Positions 8,427-16,015 of a stretch of 64,000 bases of DNA are shown one piece after another (positions within the stretch are counted from its first letter, which is position 1; every line of letters begins with the position of its first letter). A program made the position numbers and the translations under genes. The DNA comes from an uncultured Acidobacteriota bacterium (GTDB lineage: Bacteria > Acidobacteriota > Terriglobia > Acidiferrales > UBA7541): positions 84,472 through 148,471 of the forward strand of contig CAVTOS010000001.1 in NCBI GenBank assembly GCA_963736465.1. The letters are read 5' to 3'. The notes beneath the pieces were generated by a model. That model saw only the letters and a list, made by a program, of their open reading frames with translations. It was not told the DNA's origin and searched no databases.

Positions 8427-9662
8427 TCAGCTAGGTAGGACTTGACGCGCTTCTAATTCTACCTCGTTTGTGTTCGAAATGTGTTCGACTTTCTGGCTGT
8501 GAAAGATTCCAAGCTTGCGGCCGGCTTCGCGCACGTCGCTCGGCGAAACGATGTTGTAGCGTTCGAACACAGAGCGCGTTTTATGTCCGCTGATCGCCAT
8601 CGCAATGCCCTCCGGGACGCCGGCCCGCACCATGTTGCGGACGCCGCTGCGCCGGAGATCGTGAAAGATTGCACCCTTGTAAGTCATCTTCGCCTTAGGT
8701 TTTGGATTCTTGCGGTCACTGCGCGGATCCGCGTAAACCATCTCGCCCGTCGCTGAATCCTGCTCGGATTCCATTCTGCCGAGTCCCGCCTTCACACAAG
8801 CAGAGTACCACGCTTTGCGGAATCCCTGAATCTGTGCGGCGCGTCCGTTATGCTCAACTCGGAAGCAAACGTACTCGCATTCCCGCTGACGCGTCGCGTA
8901 TTGCTTCTTGAGCGATTCGAGCAATTGCGGCGCGATCGGAACCTCGCGGCCTTCGTCGTTTTTTGTTTCGCCAGCTCGCAGCCGAATGATGCCAGATAGA
9001 AAGTCAATCTGGTTCCACCTCAGCCCGAGAATCTCGCCCTCGCGCATTCCCGTGAAGTATCCTAGCGCCAGCGGCAAGCGCAGATAGTTCGGCAGAGCCG
9101 CGGACAGCTTCTCGTAATCCTCCCGTTCAAAGAAACCCTGGCGCGGCGGCGCTTCCTTCACCATCGGAAAATAGGGAACGTCGCGGAGCTTGCCCTGCTT
9201 CTTCGCAAGGTTGAACATGCGCCGGAGCGCAGAAACGGATCGGTTAATCGTGCCAGCCGCAAGGCCGCGTTTCTGCTCGCCAGCTATAAACTTGCTGATT
9301 GAATCGACGTCGATTTCCGAGACTCGCCAACCCGAGAAAAAATCATCGAGCCGCACTACTTTGTCGAGGCGCGGCTTCCCTTCCCCGTCGCGGCGAAGCG
9401 ATTTGCGGCCGTTGATTTCGTAGTCCCGGTAGAAAGCATCGCGGAGATCCTCGTATCGAATATTGCGCGTGTCACGATGAATGCCCGTTCGCACTTCGGC
9501 GAGCTTGTCGCGCAACATCTTGACAGCTTTCTTCTCGTTCTCGGTGTCACAAGACTGCCGAATCTGCCGGCCGTGGTCATAGTAGGCCATCCACCAAATG
9601 CGGCCGCGCTGAAAAAGGTGACCGTCACCGCGCGCTCGCTTACCTTGCTTTTCGTTTTCCAT
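8427..9662 (-). CDS. int: Tyrosine recombinase / phage integrase
   Basis: C-terminal catalytic motifs HDLRRSGVRNMV and GHKTRSVFERYNIV, plus an N-terminal SAM-like domain. It ends 14 nt from the tRNA 5' end. Confidence 0.9.
   Translation of the reverse strand: MENEKQGKRARGDGHLFQRGRIWWMAYYDHGRQIRQSCDTENEKKAVKMLRDKLAEVRTGIHRDTRNIRYEDLRDAFYRDYEINGRKSLRRDGEGKPRLDKVVRLDDFFSGWRVSEIDVDSISKFIAGEQKRGLAAGTINRSVSALRRMFNLAKKQGKLRDVPYFPMVKEAPPRQGFFEREDYEKLSAALPNYLRLPLALGYFTGMREGEILGLRWNQIDFLSGIIRLRAGETKNDEGREVPIAPQLLESLKKQYATRQRECEYVCFRVEHNGRAAQIQGFRKAWYSACVKAGLGRMESEQDSATGEMVYADPRSDRKNPKPKAKMTYKGAIFHDLRRSGVRNMVRAGVPEGIAMAISGHKTRSVFERYNIVSPSDVREAGRKLGIFHSQKVEHISNTNEVELEARQVLPS
8468..8488. repeat. 21-bp repeat (tandem TGTGTTCGA half-sites), left arm
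   Basis: TTGTGTTCGAAATGTGTTCGA is identical to 23072..23092. It lies 54 bp inside attL, within the int 3' end. Confidence 0.6.
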
Positions 9663-9665
9663 GAT

Positions 9666-9920
9666 TCACCTCTGCCGTTTCGGTTTTGGCCCGCGCCGAA
9701 GAGTGCCCTTGAACTTCCTAGCCTTCTCTATCTCCGCGTTCGTCCAAAGTCGAAGTGTTGCGTTGCCTACGCCAATCAGCTTCGGTGCGTCGATCTCGCC
9801 GCGGGCGATCCAAGCTTGGAGCGTCTGCCGCGAGACGCCGATTCGGATGGCTGCTTGGGCTGTTGTGTAGGTTTTCGCGCTCACGATTTCGAATTTATCA
9901 AAGGCTTTACACGTTGTCAA
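9666..9920 (-). CDS. Helix-turn-helix DNA-binding protein (excisionase/regulator), directly upstream of int
   Basis: 84 aa. The HTH-like segment is YTTAQAAIRIGVSRQTLQAWIARGEI. Its stop lies 3 nt before the int start. Confidence 0.6.
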   Translation of the reverse strand: MTTCKAFDKFEIVSAKTYTTAQAAIRIGVSRQTLQAWIARGEIDAPKLIGVGNATLRLWTNAEIEKARKFKGTLRRGPKPKRQR

Positions 9921-9955
9921 GTATTATGATATGATGCTACGCAGAACGCCGGAGT

Positions 9956-10471
9956 TTGACGGTGCCAAAGCGTCGCAGACCTACGAAAACGAAGCGGGAT
10001 GCAGGCCGACATAGCGAGAATGAGTGGAATGCCCGCTTGAAGGCGCTCGGACTTGCGGAGCTAAAGCCGGGCTTCCTTCCGCGCCGGCGCAGGGCCAAAC
10101 CGATTCTAGACAGCGACGAGAACGAAATCGAAGTTGGCGCAGCGCTGAACCTGGATGGCTCTGCTGTAATTCGTCCCGAAGCGACAGAGATTCGCCCGAC
10201 AGTCCAGGAAGGCGCTTTCCTGAAGCTCGCCGAGTATCTCAATCTAACAAGCGTGGCTCGAACAGTCCTCGGTCTGCGTCTTCTCTGCGACGACGTCACC
10301 CGCGTCGATGTCCGCGAGTTTTTTCTTCGAGCGCATCCGGATAAAGTCTCGGAAGCGATGAGCGCCTGGCGCGAGTTCTCTCGCCGTATGCCCGAAATCC
10401 GAGCATTCCTGGAAGGTCATCGCCGCGATCGTGAAGTTCCCACAAAGCCTCGATACAAGCCCTACGACTAG
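9956..10471 (+). CDS. Hypothetical protein (element early region)
   Basis: ORF divergent from the xis-like gene. A GTG at 9962 preceded by GGAG is an alternative start. I recognise no family. Confidence 0.45.
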   Translation: MTVPKRRRPTKTKRDAGRHSENEWNARLKALGLAELKPGFLPRRRRAKPILDSDENEIEVGAALNLDGSAVIRPEATEIRPTVQEGAFLKLAEYLNLTSVARTVLGLRLLCDDVTRVDVREFFLRAHPDKVSEAMSAWREFSRRMPEIRAFLEGHRRDREVPTKPRYKPYD

Positions 10472-10542
10472 CTTTTAAACACCTTTAATTTCAGCCACTT
10501 CCCCGTCCTTGCGTTTTCCCCCTAAGAGGTAGGAGGACGCAA

Positions 10543-10713
10543 GTGGACAAATTGCCCATCGAGGTTCGAGCTGGAAGATTCGGCGCGGAGCGCCTTTTGA
10601 CTGCTGCTGCGCTAATCCTACGCCCGCAGGCACTCGCCCGCTTGCGGGCTGACTATTTGGTTTTGTGCGTGCGCCTGCTGCGAGAAATCGAGCGAAGAGC
10701 AAAACAGCAATGA
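10543..10713 (+). CDS. Possible small protein (56 aa), absent from the ORF track
   Basis: GTG start 6 nt after AGGAGG (10531-10536). The frame is open to TGA at 10711-10713. Confidence 0.3.
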   Translation: MDKLPIEVRAGRFGAERLLTAAALILRPQALARLRADYLVLCVRLLREIERRAKQQ

Positions 10714-10775
10714 AGGTTTCAAGACACCCCTAGCCGCCGGATGCAGCTAGAGGGAATTTCAAAGGAGATACAGGA

Positions 10776-11015
10776 ATGGACAGCACGAACCTAACACCCG
10801 AAGTCGCGGAAAGTCAAGTATCCCCGCTCGAAGTTCTCATCAGTGATCTGGGAGAGGTGCGCCGAAAGCTGTTGACTGCCGAGCGGCGCCGCAAGTCCGG
10901 CGTGCTGGCCGGCCAACTCCTCATCCTGGCTCGATCCTACCAAGAGGGCAAACGCCCAAGCCGCCGCAGCCTGAGGCGGTTCTTCCATTTCGTCGCTCGG
11001 GAGCAGGCTGCATGA
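10776..11015 (+). CDS. Hypothetical protein
   Basis: AAGGAG RBS. Its stop overlaps the next start (ATGA). Confidence 0.45.
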   Translation: MDSTNLTPEVAESQVSPLEVLISDLGEVRRKLLTAERRRKSGVLAGQLLILARSYQEGKRPSRRSLRRFFHFVAREQAA

Positions 11016-11206
11016 GCGCTACGCCTCAGTTGTTCGATGTGAAAGCGGCCTGCGAGTATTTGAAGTCCATCGGCGTCACGGCCGCAACGATCAATTCGAC
11101 GCGGACGATCTTCGGGCAAGTCCCGCACGTTCGGATCGGAAAACGATTTTACGTTAGCAGGGAGTCGCTCGAGCGCTGGATCGACCAGCGGCAGAGGCGC
11201 CGATGA
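11012..11206 (+). CDS. Excisionase-family (MerR-type) HTH DNA-binding protein
   Basis: 64 aa. The pattern VKAACEYLKSIGVTAATINS...RIGKRFYVSRESLERWI is typical of the small phage excisionase/AlpA-like HTH. Confidence 0.6.
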   Translation: MSATPQLFDVKAACEYLKSIGVTAATINSTRTIFGQVPHVRIGKRFYVSRESLERWIDQRQRRR

Positions 11207-11808
11207 TTCCCACAGAAACCATCGAAGCAATCCGCGCGCTCTGTCCGATTGAAGAAGTTATTTCCGAACAAGTGCGGATTAGGCGTTCTGGTGCTCAGCT
11301 TCTCGGACGCTGCCCGTTTCACGCTGACAAGACGCCATCGTTCTCAGTCAACCCCGCGAAGCAAGTCTTCCACTGTCACGGCTGCGGCGCCGGTGGCGAC
11401 GTATTCGAGTTTGTGCGACTCAGACTCCAGTGCGGGTTTCGCGATTCGGTTGCTCACTTGGCTGAGCGGGCCGGCATCAGCCTTGACGGATTCAGGCCGT
11501 CTCCAGAACTGCGCGAGCTCGTCGCAAGAAAGCGGGAAGAGGAAAGCGAACGGCAGTCTTTCGAGCGATTCGCGACGTCCTGGATCAACTTTGTGAGCCG
11601 GCAGTATTGGAAAAGAGCCAAGGCCGCAACTCAGGCAGAGAACGCGCTGCGCGCAGGAGGACTTACTCCCGATGAGCACGAACGGGCTTGGCAGGCTCTC
11701 GAGGACTATCGCCATATCGAGGCGCGTGTCGAGCGCGAAGGGCTTTGCGATTTGGAAGTGATACGAAGCGCATGGGCGAAAAGGGATCCGATGGCAAATG
11801 CAGCCTAG
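11203..11808 (+). CDS. CHC2 zinc-finger protein (DnaG-type primase N-terminal domain only)
   Basis: Motif CPFHADKTPSFSVNPAKQVFHCHGCGAGGDVFEFV. I see no TOPRIM domain. ATGA overlap with the upstream gene. Confidence 0.7.
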   Translation: MIPTETIEAIRALCPIEEVISEQVRIRRSGAQLLGRCPFHADKTPSFSVNPAKQVFHCHGCGAGGDVFEFVRLRLQCGFRDSVAHLAERAGISLDGFRPSPELRELVARKREEESERQSFERFATSWINFVSRQYWKRAKAATQAENALRAGGLTPDEHERAWQALEDYRHIEARVEREGLCDLEVIRSAWAKRDPMANAA

Positions 11809-12775
11809 CGCCCAGCCAGACCCAAAAATTGTGACGTGGGAAAGCATTCCTTCCGCTTCTGACGTTCCAGATCTGCCCGTCGAATGGTTGTGCGATCGCT
11901 TGATACCGCGCGGCGGAGTAACGCTGCTGGCCGGGGAGCCGTCCGCGTGCAAGACATGGCTCGCGCTGGCTCTCGCTAAGGCAGTTTCGGAGGGCGGCCA
12001 ATTTCTGGGACTACAGTGCGAGCGAGCGCCGGTCCTGTACCTTGACCGAGAAAATCCCGCAAGCGTTATCCGTGACCGGCTTGCCCGGATAGGCGTTGAC
12101 TTCACTGCTTCACATCGCCACGCGAATTTCAAGTATTGGGGCGGTTGGCAGGCAGAGCCGCCGCCCGGAATTGGAGATTTTCGTCTCGAAGAAATGTCTC
12201 TCCGCGGTCCGCTCATCATCCTTGACCCATTCGTTCGTTTTCACGGAAGGGATGAAAACTCGGCTAGTGAAATGGCCGGGGTTATGGCCGAGCTTCGCAA
12301 GCTCGCTTTCCGTGGCGCAAGCGTCTTGGCAATCCACCACAAGAGCAAAGCTGAGGCGAGCAAATATCGCGGCTCGTCCGACATCGCTGCCGGCGTGGAT
12401 GTGGGAATAGCACTTTCGAAAGACCAATCGAGCGGGATTCTTAAACTCGACGCATTCAAAAACCGAATGGGAACCGACTTCTCATATCACGTACGCGCTG
12501 ACTTTGACCCGCAAGTAGTCGTCTTCACTTTGACCGATCCGCCCGAAGATGACGCAACGGAAAATCTCAAGATCAAGCTGCTGAGCGCGATCGCTGAGCA
12601 TCCCGGTTCTACTCAGCAGCAGATCATCAGCGTGTCGGGTATCCCTTCGAATCGGGGTAGAGCGCTGCTCAAGCAATTCGAGGGGCAGTTATGGACAGCC
12701 AAGATGGGTCCGCACAATTCCCGACAGTATGTGCCGCTTGAGCGCCGTGACGCGGGATTGGTTCTTAGCAGCTAG
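11798..12775 (+). CDS. RecA-like AAA ATPase (AAA_25 / RepA-like replicative helicase candidate)
   Basis: Walker A-like GEPSACKTW and Walker B-like LIILDPF, with a C-terminal winged-helix-like tail. It overlaps the primase-finger gene by 11 nt. Confidence 0.65.
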   Translation: MQPSAQPDPKIVTWESIPSASDVPDLPVEWLCDRLIPRGGVTLLAGEPSACKTWLALALAKAVSEGGQFLGLQCERAPVLYLDRENPASVIRDRLARIGVDFTASHRHANFKYWGGWQAEPPPGIGDFRLEEMSLRGPLIILDPFVRFHGRDENSASEMAGVMAELRKLAFRGASVLAIHHKSKAEASKYRGSSDIAAGVDVGIALSKDQSSGILKLDAFKNRMGTDFSYHVRADFDPQVVVFTLTDPPEDDATENLKIKLLSAIAEHPGSTQQQIISVSGIPSNRGRALLKQFEGQLWTAKMGPHNSRQYVPLERRDAGLVLSS

Positions 12776-12912
12776 TTAGTTAGGGCTTATATAGCCCTTT
12801 AACAAACTAACAAACTGGACTCTCCCTGGCTTTTAGCACCGGGGAAAGAGAGGGGCTCGATCTAGCTGTTTAGTTTGTTACAGCACTAGGAGAGGTTAAC
12901 TAACCAACTGGA
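12773..12912. repeat. Cluster of TAAC(A/C)AAC-type direct and inverted repeats (candidate origin or operator region)
   Basis: TAACAAAC TAACAAAC TGGA at 12800-12819. Inverted copy GTTTAGTTTGTTA at 12868-12880. TAAC TAACCAAC TGGA at 12897-12912. TAGTTAGTTA at 12773-12782. Small hairpin AGGGCT-TATAT-AGCCCT at 12782-12798. Confidence 0.4.
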
Positions 12913-13162
12913 TTTTGGAGGGCGCTTGTTATGTCACCGAAGCGACTTTTGACTTTCGCCCCTTGCGACCGCAGCAGCGGAGAAGCAGCGGGAGTCAGCC
13001 TTGCTGCGAATTGACGCAACGGTTAAACAGGCGAAGCCATTTTGGGGGCTTCAGGTGGTAGCACAACGGTTTACCAAACCGAATGTCTGCCGTAACTGGC
13101 GTATATACAGCGCCTTAGCGGTACGTGTGCCTAAAAATGTGCATGAACTCTGGGCAAATACG

Positions 13163-13588
13163 ATGCAGCTAACCGTTGAGCAGAGTCGCAAAGCCTTGGC
13201 CGAGCATGGGTGCTACGTCACCGAAGCATGCGATCGATGCGGCAGGCTCTTGGGGGCCGTCCGATACACGATCCGAGGCACGCCTGGCGAATGGTGCTCG
13301 GAGCTTTGTCGTGATGGTGAAAAGGCGGTTGCTCTGAGGCAGAAAGGCGGCCGGCCGGCGAAGTATCGAGATGCGAAGCAGCGCTCGAAAGCAAACGCAC
13401 GATACCAGCGAGAGTTTCGTCACCGCCAGGATGTAAGAAAAACCCCCTCGCAGCCTACTGGAACGGAAAGAGTTGCGAACGCGATTTTAAGCTTTGGCTA
13501 TACCCCCACCAGTCCGACGATCGCGCCCGTCCCGCAGGGCTCCGCGCTAAAAGCGGCCTCGCAGAATCCGCTACGAATTGACGTATGA
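13163..13588 (+). CDS. Hypothetical Cys-rich (zinc-ribbon-like) basic protein
   Basis: ORF 13001..13588, with ATG 13163 as the likely start. Cysteines CDRCG...WCSELC. The C-terminal half is basic. Confidence 0.45.
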   Translation: MQLTVEQSRKALAEHGCYVTEACDRCGRLLGAVRYTIRGTPGEWCSELCRDGEKAVALRQKGGRPAKYRDAKQRSKANARYQREFRHRQDVRKTPSQPTGTERVANAILSFGYTPTSPTIAPVPQGSALKAASQNPLRIDV

Positions 13589-13785
13589 AGTGTCCAGCTT
13601 GCGCCGGTCCTCTGCGCGTGGTGGATTCTCGGCACCGGCCCGGCGTAGTGAGGCGCCGGCGCAAATGCCGAAGTTGTGGAAAGTGTGTCATCACGCTTGA
13701 AACCTTCGAACGAGTCTTCCGCTCGCTGGAACAGCTTCTGAATGTCACCAAGCCTGCACCATCTACTAATAGACGCAAAATTTGA
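13585..13785 (+). CDS. Stand-alone NrdR-type zinc-ribbon protein (no ATP-cone)
   Basis: MKCPACAGPLRVVDSRHRPGVVRRRRKCRSCGKCVITLETFE aligns motif for motif with host NrdR MKCPFCAHLDDKVVDSRE..RRRRECLKCSRRFTTYE (43980..44444). ATGA overlap with the upstream gene. Confidence 0.55.
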   Translation: MKCPACAGPLRVVDSRHRPGVVRRRRKCRSCGKCVITLETFERVFRSLEQLLNVTKPAPSTNRRKI

Positions 13786-13815
13786 CAGGTTCTGATTAAG
13801 CCGTACACTGCGGCC

Positions 13816-14235
13816 ATGAGCAGCGCGGTCGCAGAATCAGGCGTAGTCAGTCGCATGGCGAGCTGCGAAACACACGGCCTGGATTACCCGCAAACATTTT
13901 TCCCCCGCGTCGAGGGTCAAGATGGTTTCTGGACCGGGGCGTGTCCTGGCTGCGAGAGCGACGCGAAACTATCGCTGCGAGCAGATGAAATGCTCCGCGC
14001 ACACACGGCTGAAATAATCCGCGAGGCCCAGCAGGCCATCGGAAAGCGTGAGGCTGAAATTCAAAAGCGAACGGATAAGTCTCTCGCCGCAGATGTTGCT
14101 GAGTACAGAAAATTGCGACGTCCACTGTGGGAAGCCTACGAGCGCGACGTTGTTTGGAATCAGATCGTGTGCGAAGTCGAGGACCGGCTGAGAACAGAAT
14201 TTCTGAAAACTCAGGCAGTGCCGGCGGGAAGATAA
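13816..14235 (+). CDS. Hypothetical protein
   Basis: ORF in the co-directional element block. I recognise no family. Confidence 0.45.
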   Translation: MSSAVAESGVVSRMASCETHGLDYPQTFFPRVEGQDGFWTGACPGCESDAKLSLRADEMLRAHTAEIIREAQQAIGKREAEIQKRTDKSLAADVAEYRKLRRPLWEAYERDVVWNQIVCEVEDRLRTEFLKTQAVPAGR

Positions 14236-14238
14236 AGC

Positions 14239-14472
14239 ATGGAGTCGTATCTTGTGCGGTACCACGGTGAGTTGAACGGCAAGAAAAATCCGGATGTTGA
14301 TTATCAAGCGACGATCTTGCTCTCAACGCGAACCGGCGACACGAACACCGGCAAGATCACATCGACTCCGGGTTACGATGCGATCTGGGAGGTGCTCAGC
14401 AACAACAGGCTGTTACCTCCGAACACGTTGGTAGTTGACGGCATCACGTTTCTCAGCAGCACGACGTATTGA
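14239..14472 (+). CDS. Hypothetical protein
   Basis: Starts 3 nt after the previous stop. I recognise no family. Confidence 0.45.
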   Translation: MESYLVRYHGELNGKKNPDVDYQATILLSTRTGDTNTGKITSTPGYDAIWEVLSNNRLLPPNTLVVDGITFLSSTTY

Positions 14473-14505
14473 CGTGGCGTAGTTTTCAAAAAGGAGCGTA
14501 GAGGC

Positions 14506-14775
14506 ATGACACAATTTTCAGCGTGGAGAGTTCGTTTTCACTTGGAGTTGACCGTAGGCAAAGGAGTCACAAGTGGTCCCTACACGACATTCATCGGAAT
14601 CTCGGGCGGAAGCCGAGGGGATGCGCATAGTGCCGCCGTGACAAGCTCGCTGGCCACGGCGATCGCAAATAATCTATCGAGCATTCTGACGGCCGAGGGG
14701 GCTGGAACTGGCGGTGGTGGAACGGTTGTGATTGATAGCTACGATCACGGCAGCGTTCCGGACATCTGGACTTAG
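14506..14775 (+). CDS. Hypothetical protein
   Basis: AAGGAG RBS upstream. I recognise no family. Confidence 0.45.
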   Translation: MTQFSAWRVRFHLELTVGKGVTSGPYTTFIGISGGSRGDAHSAAVTSSLATAIANNLSSILTAEGAGTGGGGTVVIDSYDHGSVPDIWT

Positions 14776-14783
14776 GGGGAATC

Positions 14784-15830
14784 ATGCCACGAATCGAAGA
14801 TATGCCGTTCCAGGACGAAGTTGCTTCGAGCCTGCTGAGTCCAGCAGAGCAGGAACAAGAGCAAGCATCGCCAGAAGCAGAGGCGAGCGAGTACTCCTTC
14901 GCTGCCACCGACTTATTGGACGAAGCAATTCGAGAACAGGGCGACGATCGCTTCGTGCTAGGTGACGAGGAGTCGGACCGCCTGCGCTCGGAACGCGGCG
15001 AGCAGGAACCACGCGAACAATCGCAAGCACAAGAGCGTCCGGAACGCGAACAGCGGCCAGAGGGCCAGGAGCAGGCACAGCAGGCGGCAGAGCCGACACC
15101 CGAAGAGATTCAAGCCGGCGTCGAGCGCTTAGAAAATGACGTAAAACAATACGGATTGAACGAGCCAGCCGACGCGCGGCAATTTGCCGATGAATTTTGC
15201 GGAGCCTTCGGAACGGATGTTTACAAAGCGGGCGTGGACGTTGGCGCGCTCGGCAGCGTCATGGCGAAAACGGCGCTCTCGGCATTGCACGTTTGCGCGC
15301 TCACAGGCGGTGACATGTCGAAGGTGGGCGAGATACCCCCGCAAAACGCGCAAGCGTTCACTCACGAGCTTTTGAAGGGGATGGGCGTCGATCCGCGCAC
15401 CATGAACGTGGACGCGTCGCTTCTAGCCCGGACGACGCTCGGCGGGATGATGAACTTTGTCAGGACATTTTACAGCTACGGCGGGAAAGTCACGGACCTG
15501 GCGAAGCTCAATGAGCCCCAAGCAGCGGAATTTTATATGAAGAATTTCATGCAAGCGCTGGGCATCGAAGGGCAAGTCAGTCGCGAAGCGGCACTCAAGT
15601 TTGCCGATGCCTGTTCACGGCAAATGCTCAGAGTCATGGGAAAACTTCGCGAGGTCAACGAACAGCGAGCGGCCAATCAGGACCGTCAGCCGCGAGGGAG
15701 ATCACGCGGGCAGCGAGTACCGACGCAATTCCGCGAGGGAATCAGGGGCGCAAAGGCTCCGCGCTTTCAAAGCAACCAAGATATTTTTGACCCTGGCGTG
15801 GTGGCAGCGGCGACAACGCAAAGACTATGA
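14784..15830 (+). CDS. Hypothetical protein with a very acidic E/Q-rich N-terminal third
   Basis: 348 aa. The N-terminal 110 aa are rich in E/Q/R (EQEQEQ, EQEPREQSQAQERPEREQRPEGQEQAQQ). A scaffold-like role would be speculation. Confidence 0.5.
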   Translation: MPRIEDMPFQDEVASSLLSPAEQEQEQASPEAEASEYSFAATDLLDEAIREQGDDRFVLGDEESDRLRSERGEQEPREQSQAQERPEREQRPEGQEQAQQAAEPTPEEIQAGVERLENDVKQYGLNEPADARQFADEFCGAFGTDVYKAGVDVGALGSVMAKTALSALHVCALTGGDMSKVGEIPPQNAQAFTHELLKGMGVDPRTMNVDASLLARTTLGGMMNFVRTFYSYGGKVTDLAKLNEPQAAEFYMKNFMQALGIEGQVSREAALKFADACSRQMLRVMGKLREVNEQRAANQDRQPRGRSRGQRVPTQFREGIRGAKAPRFQSNQDIFDPGVVAAATTQRL

Positions 15831-16015
15831 GCGAGACGCAAAACAGAGCTTTCTACGGCGAGAGCGGCCGCCCTTCGCTCTATGAAGTGATTGCGAATCT
15901 TCGCGCGCTCACTGGCAGCGAGGCTTGCGCCAGAGAATTGATTGACGCAGCGGACGAAGTGGAACGGGTTTGTGTGGGCGCTTCTTTGACTCCAATGCCT
16001 GAGTGGGTGTGCTGA
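15827..16015 (+). CDS. Hypothetical small protein
   Basis: ATGA overlap with the upstream gene and TGATG overlap with the downstream gene. Confidence 0.4.
   Translation: MSETQNRAFYGESGRPSLYEVIANLRALTGSEACARELIDAADEVERVCVGASLTPMPEWVC

Noticed and set aside
8468-8488. Idea that the TGTGTTCGAAATGTGTTCGA repeat is an NrdR box for the element's NrdR-like protein, or a mini-CRISPR.
   Set aside because: NrdR boxes are 16-bp palindromes of ACAC-AT-rich-GTGT type. This is a direct, non-palindromic tandem. Only two units per site exist, with no spacers or cas genes, so it is not a CRISPR array.
13004-13585. Direct repeat CT(G/A)CGAATTGACG(C/T)A at 13004-13018 and 13571-13585, flanking the Cys-rich gene.
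   Set aside because: Only a 10-bp exact core is shared (13/15 overall). Matches of that length are expected many times by chance in a 64-kb window.
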